The notes below the pieces were generated by a model. That model ran no database searches. It was not told where the DNA came from and was given only the letters and a program-made list of their open reading frames with translations. A stretch of DNA of 64,000 bases from Alteromonas sp. (GTDB taxonomy: Bacteria > Margulisbacteria > Marinamargulisbacteria > UBA6595): the NCBI GenBank assembly GCA_964220215.1, contig CAXPTH010000008.1, positions 1 to 64,000 of the forward strand. Direction: 5' to 3'. This document shows, in pieces, positions 1-8,971 of this stretch (its first letter is position 1; each line of letters opens with the position of its first letter). A program made the translations under genes and the position numbers.

Positions 1-600
1 CGATCTGCCAAAGTTCATACGAATGCCTCTACGCATAGCTCTGAAAGCGGGTGGCTTATTGGTGGCGGTTTGGGTAGTTATTCAATGGAAACAAAAATAA
101 CTATACTATCTAACACGTTCACGTCTACAGGCAGTTCAACTGGGCTAAACTTGAAAGGTGGCTATTCATTTCAATTTCCTAAAAACTATATTAATATTTA
201 TGTATTTTTGACTACATTAAGTGATGGAGAAGTTAAATATAACGATATAAACATTCCAGGTCATAAAATAGAAGTTGAGAATCACAGCGGGCTTGCCGGT
301 GATTTTGGATTTTATGTCTCACCAAAGGCATCTCTTTATTTTACTTTGGGTCTTGCTAAAGTTTATGTTGATTATTATAATTACAGAAGCTCTAGCGACT
401 CTCTTAGGCATGCAGGTCCGTCAGAACCTGGTTTATTGTATGGTGTTGGTTTTGGATATAAAGTCACAGACCATGTAAATGTTAATTTAGGGTATACGAC
501 TAATACAAGCAAACGTAAAGCAGAGTTTTTACTACGACAACTTCCTGAAGTTGAAACTACTATTGATGGCATAAAACTTAGTACATCTTATAAGTTTTAA
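1..600 (+). CDS. Outer-membrane beta-barrel protein (OmpA/porin-like), 5'-truncated
   Basis: Frame is open from base 1; alternating beta-strand pattern (GLLYGVGFGYKV, VNVNLGY); C-terminal aromatic BAM-type end (STSYKF). Confidence 0.7.
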   Translation, partial: RSAKVHTNASTHSSESGWLIGGGLGSYSMETKITILSNTFTSTGSSTGLNLKGGYSFQFPKNYINIYVFLTTLSDGEVKYNDINIPGHKIEVENHSGLAGDFGFYVSPKASLYFTLGLAKVYVDYYNYRSSSDSLRHAGPSEPGLLYGVGFGYKVTDHVNVNLGYTTNTSKRKAEFLLRQLPEVETTIDGIKLSTSYKF

Positions 601-672
601 TCTATAAGATGTCAAAATATTATTTGGAACAAAAATAAAAAAGTTTTTTTTATTAGCTTTTTAGCGATTTTT

Positions 673-1044
673 TTGAGCCTAGATTCATTCGGCTACGCAA
701 CAGGTGTACAAGAGATTTGGAAAGATGGTGGGGACAAATTGACTTTCAATTCTAATGTAAGTGATGTCAAGGTTTTTATTGATGGAAGACCGATTGGCTT
801 TATACGTAACGGTGCTTTAGAATACGTAGTGAGTCGTGAGGGCGCGGATAAACGTTTAGAATTTAAAAAAAGTGGATACAAAACAGAAACATTAATTATT
901 GGTACCAAGTTAGCTATTACATTTTGGGGAAATATTGGATTTGTATATTCAAGCCCTACCGCTTCCTCAATAGATAGCTGGTCGACAAAAAACAGCCGAC
1001 AGTACACCCCAAATCAATTCTATATTGAAATGGAGAAAATCTAA
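673..1044 (+). CDS. Secreted PEGA-like domain protein, paralog 1 (true start uncertain)
   Basis: FNSNV..V.V.IDG.PIG and FKK.GYK pattern typical of PEGA-like domains; strong similarity to 1179..1577. Confidence 0.55.
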   Translation: MSLDSFGYATGVQEIWKDGGDKLTFNSNVSDVKVFIDGRPIGFIRNGALEYVVSREGADKRLEFKKSGYKTETLIIGTKLAITFWGNIGFVYSSPTASSIDSWSTKNSRQYTPNQFYIEMEKI

Positions 1045-1178
1045 ACTCTGATTTATAGGTTTATAATGAAAAAAGGTTGTAATTTTTTTATAAAATATGG
1101 TGCAATGATACAACTAGTATTAGTGCTTTTTTTATTGTTAATGTATGTAGAAATGTATGTAGATAGGAGGGTTTCTTT

Positions 1179-1577
1179 ATGAAGAAAAGTTTGATGTTGT
1201 TATGTATGTTGGTTTTTTTGAGTTCAAATTCATTTGGATTTGCAACGATCATGCATTCTATAACTGGTGGTGATGAAATCACATTCAATTCTAACGTTGA
1301 AGGCGTTTCTGTTTACATTGATGGAAACCCGATTGGAAAGATTAGAAGTGGTTCCATGAGTTACAAGATATCTCGTGATGGTACGAACAAATTAGTAAAG
1401 TTTGAGAAACCTGGATACAGAACAGAGGAAGTTCTTATTGGAACAAAGACAGCAGGAGCGTTTTGGGGTAATTTTATTGCAGGTGGAACATTTGGATCGT
1501 CAACTGATAGTTGGTCTACTAAAAACAGCCGACAGTACACCCCAAATCAATTCTATGTTGAGATGGAAAGAATCTAA
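1179..1577 (+). CDS. Secreted PEGA-like domain protein, paralog 2
   Basis: Signal peptide MKKSLMLLCMLVFLSSNSFG; AGGAGG RBS upstream; PEGA-like motifs. Confidence 0.6.
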   Translation: MKKSLMLLCMLVFLSSNSFGFATIMHSITGGDEITFNSNVEGVSVYIDGNPIGKIRSGSMSYKISRDGTNKLVKFEKPGYRTEEVLIGTKTAGAFWGNFIAGGTFGSSTDSWSTKNSRQYTPNQFYVEMERI

Positions 1578-1600
1578 GCTTAGCTGCGTTATTTTTTTGA

Positions 1601-1933
1601 ATGCGATACCGATATTATTTTGTAATTTGTATCGCATTTTTTTTTAACTGTACTCAAGCCGATACTCGAATTGAGCGTGCAATAGCCAAAGAAACGATTG
1701 ATTTTACTCTGTATGCGTATGACAATATTATGGCTGATTATTTTGAGGAACAAGATGGCTATCATCGGCATCTGCGTTATTTAATTATTCAAGGGACTGG
1801 GTTATCAGAGGGTGCGGTTAACGCATTAATCCAAGATCCAGTACTCCGGCAAGCGCCAACGCCGCCGGAGTATCTGTTCCAATTAAACAAAACATTAAGA
1901 GACAAGCATGGCTATTATTTCATGGATTATTAA
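1601..1933 (+). CDS. Hypothetical exported protein (possible lipoprotein)
   Basis: Basic-hydrophobic N-terminus ending FFNC; overlaps the downstream gene. Confidence 0.45.
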   Translation: MRYRYYFVICIAFFFNCTQADTRIERAIAKETIDFTLYAYDNIMADYFEEQDGYHRHLRYLIIQGTGLSEGAVNALIQDPVLRQAPTPPEYLFQLNKTLRDKHGYYFMDY

Positions 1934-3623
1934 GTACAGCAGTGTGATTTTAATCGCTACAACCCTGGGGTACGCATCGGGGGAACCTCCGGTGTACTAT
2001 CGTGAGGCTTGGCTGGACTTGTTGTACTATGAATCAGCGGGCCAAGGGTATGAAAGTTTGGTTGATAACACTCAGTTTTTTATAACAGATCGGGGAAAAT
2101 ATGCTCCAAAAGACGAATACGATGCGTCGTTGCAGTTGGCCAAATCCCATGATGTTGAATTTAGACGTCGGTTTCCGCTGCGATATAAACGCTTGTGTGA
2201 AGCACATGGACTGGCTTACAAGCCCTTGGTGACGGGTCGGTCGGATATTGAGTCGGTTCAAATTGTGTATCCCAGTCGATACATGGGTAATCCGGCATCC
2301 ATGTTTGGGCATTTGTTTTTGATTTTTGAATCCAAGAATGGACTATTGGATAGTAGCATTTTCCATTATACGGCAGTGCCGGATGCTGTGAATTCGATAC
2401 AGTATATTATTTATGGGCTAACGGGTGGGTTTAGTGGGTATTTTTCAACGGAGCCGTATTACAAACGGATTAAAGATTATAACTATGTTGAAGATCGGGA
2501 AGTGATTTATTATGATTTGAGGCTATCTAAACAACAGATTGCTGACTTGCAATTGCATGCAGAGGAGTTGAAATACGCTCAGTTTGATTATTATTTTATT
2601 GATGAGAATTGTGCATTTTTTATTGGTAAAGCGCTCAATGTTGTATTAGAGACCAACATTAGCATGCGTACAGTGTTTGTGTCGCCCAGTCAAATTATAA
2701 ATGCCTTACAGTCGAATCAAGCCTTGAGTGCTTATTATGTCCGTCCGTCACTCACGAGTCAGTTTAATCAAACCTATCAACAATTGTCATCGGGTCAAAA
2801 AAAAGACACAATCCGTTTGTTTTTAGAGAGAACCCCTTCAGTTGATACGATCCATCCAGAGTCATTGAAGGCGTTTTTATACTATTCAGAATATGCGATT
2901 AACAATTACAGTGCATTGGCAACTCCCGTGCGCCACAATCGAATTTTGGCGTATCAGAAACTGCAAGCGCTTCAGGATTCAGTCATTCGGCATCCGACTA
3001 ACAAGCAACCGAATGTTCCAAAAATTTATTCTCAAAAAATTAGTCTTCAGAATGGACCAAGCCCAGGGTTGTTTGCATCGTATCATCCGGTTTATTACGC
3101 GAATGATTGGCATTTAATAGGCACTAAACAGCTGGATGTTGCATCCATGCGATTGGGGTATGGGACTGCGCAGCAGGCTCAGGTTGATATTCAATTGGTC
3201 GATATTGTGAATATTACGCCGTATAATACCATACAAAGTGATTCTGCATGGCGATTGCGGAGTATGGTCGGGTATAAGCGCTATGGATTTTTAGATCAAT
3301 CGTTTGATTATGGTGTTGGGGTTATCCCGATTAAGCACAGCATGGTGTATGGGTTTATAGGCGGTCAGCTGTCTAATTATAATACGATGGAAGAACAGGC
3401 GTTGCCGGATGTGTCTGTGTATCCTTCAGCGGGTATTCGATGGCTAACGCCTGTAATTGGGGAGGTGTTTAAATTTGATTTGGGTTATGAGTATCGCTAT
3501 CACCAGTTATATTTAAACCTAAGGATTATTGGCTATATGCGTGCGTATTCGGTTCAATTGGGCTATACCTATTCACCCTCAACTATAAACACAGTGGTTG
3601 TGTCGGTGAGTAAGGTGTTTTAG
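1908..3623 (+). CDS. DUF4105 (Lnb N-terminal-like) domain protein with C-terminal beta-rich region
   Basis: Motifs NPASMFGH, Y..Y...EDR, FDYYFIDENCA; signal peptide; ends VVVSVSKVF. Confidence 0.75.
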   Translation: MAIISWIIKYSSVILIATTLGYASGEPPVYYREAWLDLLYYESAGQGYESLVDNTQFFITDRGKYAPKDEYDASLQLAKSHDVEFRRRFPLRYKRLCEAHGLAYKPLVTGRSDIESVQIVYPSRYMGNPASMFGHLFLIFESKNGLLDSSIFHYTAVPDAVNSIQYIIYGLTGGFSGYFSTEPYYKRIKDYNYVEDREVIYYDLRLSKQQIADLQLHAEELKYAQFDYYFIDENCAFFIGKALNVVLETNISMRTVFVSPSQIINALQSNQALSAYYVRPSLTSQFNQTYQQLSSGQKKDTIRLFLERTPSVDTIHPESLKAFLYYSEYAINNYSALATPVRHNRILAYQKLQALQDSVIRHPTNKQPNVPKIYSQKISLQNGPSPGLFASYHPVYYANDWHLIGTKQLDVASMRLGYGTAQQAQVDIQLVDIVNITPYNTIQSDSAWRLRSMVGYKRYGFLDQSFDYGVGVIPIKHSMVYGFIGGQLSNYNTMEEQALPDVSVYPSAGIRWLTPVIGEVFKFDLGYEYRYHQLYLNLRIIGYMRAYSVQLGYTYSPSTINTVVVSVSKVF

Positions 3624-4726
3624 TTATTTGTCCAATCTTCATCAACGCTATTTAATTTTGTCAACAATAGTTCGTTTTCATCGGGATACTTTATTGCCTG
3701 GTATAGCTTAGGATATTTGCTGAGTTGAAGTCCATTATTTAGTAACTGTTGTACATAACAGCGACGCCCAGCGGCAGTTTCCAAACTTCCCATAGTTGGG
3801 TCTATTTTTTCACAAAATTGATTACAATGATCCAATAAGATCTTAATGTGCTTTTTAGCATCATTATCAGTCATTTTCATATTTTCATCGTCTCGACTTA
3901 CGCTATTATGGGCTAAATATTTGTTTCTCAAGTGTTTGAGTATTTTTAGGCTTGCAATTACCGTCTTTTCGTTGTCTTTTTCCTGTTGCAAAATGTCTGA
4001 AACATGGTCCGTGACATCTTGGGACTGTTGCAAAATAGGTAAAACATTATTCTTTTGAGCCGGTGTAAGAAAGACTAATCCATGATCCAGTTCTTCCTCT
4101 GAGATAGCTAATCTAGCATTGTTATCATCAATACTATATAAAATATTGTTTCTAATCAAATTTTCATAAACGTCCTCATAACCAGGGCCAAGATCTGAAA
4201 TTGTCTGTTTTGCAACAGTCCCAGCTTTGGATTTTCCAGCCAGCCATAAGTTTACATTATACTGATTGATCTTAATTTTTGTGTTTATTTCACCACGTTC
4301 ATTGAGAACACCTTTTTCTTTCAAAATATTCCAGATTGCTTCCGATTCAGATTCATCAATGTTAGCTTGATTAACAAATCCCTGTTGCAAAATGCCTAAA
4401 ACATGGTCCTTAAACACTTTTTTTAGAAATCGTATTGAGAGATTCTGTTTACCAATGTCAGCTTGATTAACAAATGCTCTTTTTACAACAGTCCCACCAG
4501 CATTATCAAAAAACTGTAATACTGTAACCACCAAGTATCTTAAAAATATTCGAGCAAACCACTCAAGATGTATCTGTTGCTTGTCATTGGCTTGTTCAGC
4601 GATTTTATGAATATCATTAACAACGTGGTATGCTTCCCAAACATGAGCGAGGTGATCACGGAAACGATTTAGTAGTTCCTGCTGTTCTTTATTTAGTTTT
4701 GATTCTTGTTTTTTAGTCTCCATCAA
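3620..4726 (-). CDS. HEPN (AbiU2-like) putative RNase with in-frame insertions
   Basis: RNKYLAH (R-x5-H) motif plus upstream FFD...NLSI segment typical of AbiU2-like HEPN; AT-rich relative to neighbours. Confidence 0.6.
   Translation of the reverse strand: MMETKKQESKLNKEQQELLNRFRDHLAHVWEAYHVVNDIHKIAEQANDKQQIHLEWFARIFLRYLVVTVLQFFDNAGGTVVKRAFVNQADIGKQNLSIRFLKKVFKDHVLGILQQGFVNQANIDESESEAIWNILKEKGVLNERGEINTKIKINQYNVNLWLAGKSKAGTVAKQTISDLGPGYEDVYENLIRNNILYSIDDNNARLAISEEELDHGLVFLTPAQKNNVLPILQQSQDVTDHVSDILQQEKDNEKTVIASLKILKHLRNKYLAHNSVSRDDENMKMTDNDAKKHIKILLDHCNQFCEKIDPTMGSLETAAGRRCYVQQLLNNGLQLSKYPKLYQAIKYPDENELLLTKLNSVDEDWTNN
4020..4223. mobile_element. 204-bp MITE-like element with perfect 16-bp terminal inverted repeats, in frame within the HEPN-like CDS
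   Basis: TGGGACTGTTGCAAAA at 4020-4035 and its exact reverse complement TTTTGCAACAGTCCCA at 4208-4223; length is a multiple of 3. Confidence 0.65.
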
Positions 4727-5868
4727 ACCACCAAAACGGCTTTGGGGCTTGCGCCTTTGATCCAGGGAAGTTGAATAATATCCCCAGGTTCAGCCGTTGT
4801 GCAGGACTCGCCAGTGAGGGTGTGCACAGGGGGGATGTTGGCATAGTGTTGATACCGATCATGTTGGGGAAGGCTCAAGCGTGGAGGGTCTTGAAACCCT
4901 CGAAACGGTTCGCATAGGCTGACGTGAATACAATCGCCTTTAATCACATCAATAACCGTTCCTAAAACCGTTCCATCTCGTGCCGGTTCGCGTTCTTGCT
5001 CGGTATTGTTGACCAAAAAAAACATGGGTTTAAGCGGACGGGGACTCACGGCTTGAACCGGTGCGATATCCCCGGTGCTGTGGCTGTCTAAACAGTGCCG
5101 ATAGGCCGATAAGGCTGTGGTGAGGTAGGCATCGGATTGCCCCCGTCCATCCACAATCCAGCCGCTCAGATTCAGCCCCAAAACAACCGAACTATAGCCC
5201 AGCAAGCAGCGGTCCATATAAAAAAACATGAAATGCCCATGGGGATTGTCTAAAACGGGAAAATGCCGCTCCGGATAATCCGTGTCATCAATGCTGCCCT
5301 GAATGACCCGTTCAGTCTCCATTAAACTGCCCAAATAGCGTCGGTACGAGTACTGCAACAAAATGGGCCCATGAACCATAAGCTCATACTGTGTATCGAC
5401 AGACTTTTGAATGGTTTTAATGGCCGAAACCGGTAGCTCATTGCCCAGGACTTGCCGATGAGCGGTTTGTGCAAAAGCAGCCATGCTTTGCGCATTGGCA
5501 TTGCCCATTTCAGTGTTGAGAATAATGCGTATCGCGGGCGCATGCTCAGCAATATAGGCCATCGCCCCAATGTCTTGAACCCGCATCCAGCGCACGGGGC
5601 TATCCAAAATCCGACCAATCACTTGATCCAATAGGGCAAATTCGTGGGTATGAAACAGCTTGTCGCAATTGACGCTGAACTGGCACCCTGGATACTGTTT
5701 GGTTGCATGCAGGAGTTGATCCAAGGTATCCAGTCGTCTGAGGTCCGGGTCTTGGTAGGACCGGCACGAAATAGCCGGGTCATCCAAAATAATATGGGTG
5801 GCACCCGCTTGGATGGCTGTGTGAATCCCGTCAACACTGCCTGCGAATGTGATTAATTCCGGCTTCAC
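4723..5868 (-). CDS. Peptidase U32 family protein, TrhP1/YrrN-like partner subunit
   Basis: U32-type motifs (VLGNEL, ELMVHG, YSYRR, DGR); lacks the four-Cys cluster; paired with the upstream U32 gene. Confidence 0.7.
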   Translation of the reverse strand: MKPELITFAGSVDGIHTAIQAGATHIILDDPAISCRSYQDPDLRRLDTLDQLLHATKQYPGCQFSVNCDKLFHTHEFALLDQVIGRILDSPVRWMRVQDIGAMAYIAEHAPAIRIILNTEMGNANAQSMAAFAQTAHRQVLGNELPVSAIKTIQKSVDTQYELMVHGPILLQYSYRRYLGSLMETERVIQGSIDDTDYPERHFPVLDNPHGHFMFFYMDRCLLGYSSVVLGLNLSGWIVDGRGQSDAYLTTALSAYRHCLDSHSTGDIAPVQAVSPRPLKPMFFLVNNTEQEREPARDGTVLGTVIDVIKGDCIHVSLCEPFRGFQDPPRLSLPQHDRYQHYANIPPVHTLTGESCTTAEPGDIIQLPWIKGASPKAVLVV

Positions 5869-7037
5869 GATACCGGTTGCGTTAAAATACTATACGGGAC
5901 AATATCCGCCGTTCGTTCAACTTTAATTAAACAATTGGGTTTCAAGTCGGCGGCGGTTAATGGCATATTGGCAGCGTTGGTTACGGATTTAATCGCTGCG
6001 GTGTGGGTGCCTGTGGGGGTGATCCATTGCATGGGGGTGTCCGTGGTGAAGGGTTGTTTTAAATGCACATAGGCGTATGTGGCATCTAGGGCCTGTACCG
6101 TACCTAAAAAATGCAGCGATTTGCTGTATTGGGTGAACTGCGTGTTGCAGGCTGTTTGCCGCTGGTCCAAAAAACCGTCGCTAAATGTCCGGTTGGATAC
6201 CGTTTCCAATTCGTTTTCTAAATCATTGCAGGTTGCCTCTGGGTCTTGAACTATCCGGTCAATGGCTTGGCGATACAATCGACTGACTTGAGCCACATAG
6301 AGATTGGATTTCATACGGCCTTCAATTTTGACCGAATGAATACCGGCCGATACGATTGATTTAAGATGATGAATCCCCATTAAATCTTGGGCGTTCATAA
6401 TATGAGCTTCGCGGGTGTCCGCCGTATCGGTATGCACGCCAAATCGATGCCGACAACTTTGCACACACCCCCCGCGATTGGAGTCCCGAGCCGCTGTGTA
6501 ATTGGAAATCACGCATTTTCCCGAATAGCTGGCACACATAGCGCCGTGAATAAAGATTTCCAATTCAATGGGAACGTGATCCAAAATAGCGGTGCATGCA
6601 GCAATGCTGACTTCTCGGGCTAAAATAACCCGCTTGGCTCCGGCAGCCTTCCAGTATGCACACCCAGCGGCATTGGTAACACTGGCTTGGGTAGACACAT
6701 GCAACGGTACCGAACAACGGGCACGCGCCAGATCAAAAACTCCGCGATCCGAAATAATAAACGCATCGGGATTGAGTGCCGCCAAGGCATCGATCATATC
6801 AGGCAAGGTATCCATCGTATGGGTATGGGCAAAGCTGTTCAGAACAATATAGACGCGTTTATTGCGTTGGTGGGCAAATTCAATGCCGTGACGCAGTTCA
6901 GATAGGGTAAAGTTGGGGGCGTATTTGCGCAAGCCAAATAACGAAGTCCCGACGTAGACGGCATCGGCCCCGTAGGTGAGTGCAATTTTTAGCTTTTCAA
7001 GATTACCCGCCGGTACCAGCAGCTCGGGAATGCCCAT
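5865..7037 (-). CDS. trhP: Peptidase U32 family Fe-S protein, TrhP/YrrO-like tRNA hydroxylation protein
   Basis: PELLVPAG, GADAVYVG, HGAMCASYSGKC..NRGGCVQSCR (4 Cys), KIEGRMKS. Confidence 0.8.
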   Translation of the reverse strand: MGIPELLVPAGNLEKLKIALTYGADAVYVGTSLFGLRKYAPNFTLSELRHGIEFAHQRNKRVYIVLNSFAHTHTMDTLPDMIDALAALNPDAFIISDRGVFDLARARCSVPLHVSTQASVTNAAGCAYWKAAGAKRVILAREVSIAACTAILDHVPIELEIFIHGAMCASYSGKCVISNYTAARDSNRGGCVQSCRHRFGVHTDTADTREAHIMNAQDLMGIHHLKSIVSAGIHSVKIEGRMKSNLYVAQVSRLYRQAIDRIVQDPEATCNDLENELETVSNRTFSDGFLDQRQTACNTQFTQYSKSLHFLGTVQALDATYAYVHLKQPFTTDTPMQWITPTGTHTAAIKSVTNAANMPLTAADLKPNCLIKVERTADIVPYSILTQPVS

Positions 7038-7047
7038 GCCGATTCCC

Positions 7048-7968
7048 CTAATACGTCAGCCACTGATGGGTATCCGGCAGCGCCCCGCGGACGGTGTCAA
7101 AATAAGCGGTTTGAATGCGTTTGGTTATGGGGCCTCGGCCATGGCTTCGAATAATACGGCCATCAATTTCCCGAATCGGCGTTACTTCAGCCGCCGTGCC
7201 GGTAAAGAATAATTCATCGGCTAAAAATAGCTCGTCTCGAATCAGGGATTGCTGGACAACCGGAATTCCCATATCTTGGGCCAAGGCAATGACCGTTTGG
7301 GCGGTAATGCCCCGCAAGGCATTGTCTGAGCATGGCGGTGTAATCAGTTGGCCATTTTTGATTACAAATAAGTTTTCACCGGGGCCTTCTGCAATGGTCC
7401 CATTTTTAGACAATAAAATGGCTTCATCAAACCCACAGGCCAGAGCTTCTTGTTTGGCTAATACGGAGTTGGCGTAATTGGCGGTGCACTTGGCCAAGGG
7501 CGGGAGGCTGTGGCTGTCTACCCGGGCCCAACTGCTAATTTTGCATCGAATGCCCTTTTCTAACCCTTCGGCACCCAAATAAGTACCCCAGCGCCAAGCG
7601 GCAATGATTAAATCAACCGGATTGTTTCCAGGGTTTAGGCCCATTTCACCATAACCGTAGTAGAGCAATGGCCGAATGTAGGCGCTCGTTAACTTGTTTT
7701 TTTTGAGTAAGGTTTGATTGGCTTCGATGAGGGTGTCCACACTGTACGGACAGGGCATGCCATAAATTGTAGCGCTGTCGAGCAAGCGTTCGTAATGCTC
7801 TTTTGCGCGAAATGTTGCGGCTCCTTTGGGGGTTTCATACGCCCGAATCCCCTCAAAAACGGCCGTGCCGTAGTGCAATGCATGCGTTAAAACATGCACT
7901 TGGGCATGATCCCATTCAATAAAGTCCCCATTTTTCCAAATATACTGTGTTTTTTCTAGTTTTCCCAT
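7048..7968 (-). CDS. ilvE: Branched-chain amino acid aminotransferase
   Basis: HALHYGTAVFEGIRAY, AKCTANY, EGPGENLF, GTAAEVTP. Confidence 0.95.
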   Translation of the reverse strand: MGKLEKTQYIWKNGDFIEWDHAQVHVLTHALHYGTAVFEGIRAYETPKGAATFRAKEHYERLLDSATIYGMPCPYSVDTLIEANQTLLKKNKLTSAYIRPLLYYGYGEMGLNPGNNPVDLIIAAWRWGTYLGAEGLEKGIRCKISSWARVDSHSLPPLAKCTANYANSVLAKQEALACGFDEAILLSKNGTIAEGPGENLFVIKNGQLITPPCSDNALRGITAQTVIALAQDMGIPVVQQSLIRDELFLADELFFTGTAAEVTPIREIDGRIIRSHGRGPITKRIQTAYFDTVRGALPDTHQWLTY

Positions 7969-8024
7969 AATACTTAATAGTATACGATAGGTTCCCTAGG
8001 TTGTGGAAGGTGGTTGGGATGACA

Positions 8025-8882
8025 TTAAAATGTAAGACCAAGCGCAACTCCAAATTCTACGGTATAATTTTGGGGCTCCGTAAATGTTAATTGATAAGGA
8101 TGGCCACCGGCCTCAAGGCCAAAGTATCGGCCCCAGTTCGGCAGGTTGTTGGTATCAACAATTTCACGATGGGGGAGTGAGGTATCCATATGCCAATACG
8201 TTAAAAAAAATGTGGTTGTTAGTGTGTGTGGGGCAATTCGAGTGGTGCTAAAGTAGTCCGGGTCTAGCGTTGTTTTAATCTTGAAATTGGCATGGAGTCC
8301 GTAGCCATTGGGCTGGGATTTCTTGATCTTTTTATACCCCAAGAAAGAAAAATCCGTGGTTTGCATCGCTGCATTAAGGTGCCGATATTCCAGCGTCATT
8401 GTGTGGTCATTGGGTAACGCCAACCGAATACCCATTGGTACATAGGTATACTGAGATAATCGGTTATAGCCGATATGGCCTGTTGATGTTATAGTCCCTT
8501 CGCCATGATGCATTAATTCTCGATAACCGATCCCAATATAAGTGGTCTTTCCAAGTAGAAAGCGTGTTTCAAACCCAGTATGATAATTTCGATAACTAGT
8601 CCCGGTGTTTTGGCTGGTATAGGTGGGGTCGTCGCTTAAAAAATAACGGGCTTCGGCTCGGATGATGGGCTGTCGATCCTGTGGGCGTTGAATAGCCAAT
8701 GCGGTGTTTCCATCAAAAAGCAGCCCCTGTAGAGCCATTAGCCCAGGCTCTTCATAGTAGTACTGGTAGGCCGAGATTCCAGCCTCAGTGTGAAGCTTGT
8801 CGGTGGCGTGGATGCCCCGTGGGTTTAACAAAATTAGCAGGCAGAGTATACGAATGCCGGATATAAACAATGAATCACCCAT
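8025..8882 (-). CDS. Putative outer-membrane beta-barrel protein
   Basis: Signal-like N-terminus, YYYEEP start, EP.N.T.E.G motif, C-terminal GLTF. Confidence 0.55.
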   Translation of the reverse strand: MGDSLFISGIRILCLLILLNPRGIHATDKLHTEAGISAYQYYYEEPGLMALQGLLFDGNTALAIQRPQDRQPIIRAEARYFLSDDPTYTSQNTGTSYRNYHTGFETRFLLGKTTYIGIGYRELMHHGEGTITSTGHIGYNRLSQYTYVPMGIRLALPNDHTMTLEYRHLNAAMQTTDFSFLGYKKIKKSQPNGYGLHANFKIKTTLDPDYFSTTRIAPHTLTTTFFLTYWHMDTSLPHREIVDTNNLPNWGRYFGLEAGGHPYQLTFTEPQNYTVEFGVALGLTF

Positions 8883-8971
8883 GCTTGGGTAATACCCTGA
8901 CTGGGGTGATGCTAATCATAAAATAGTAATTGGATGACACACAGGCGGTTGATTTTGTATGATAGTGAGTC

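Noticed and set aside
988..1556. Diversity-generating retroelement template/variable repeat pair
   Set aside because: The shared block is identical rather than differing at adenines, and there is no reverse transcriptase in the window.
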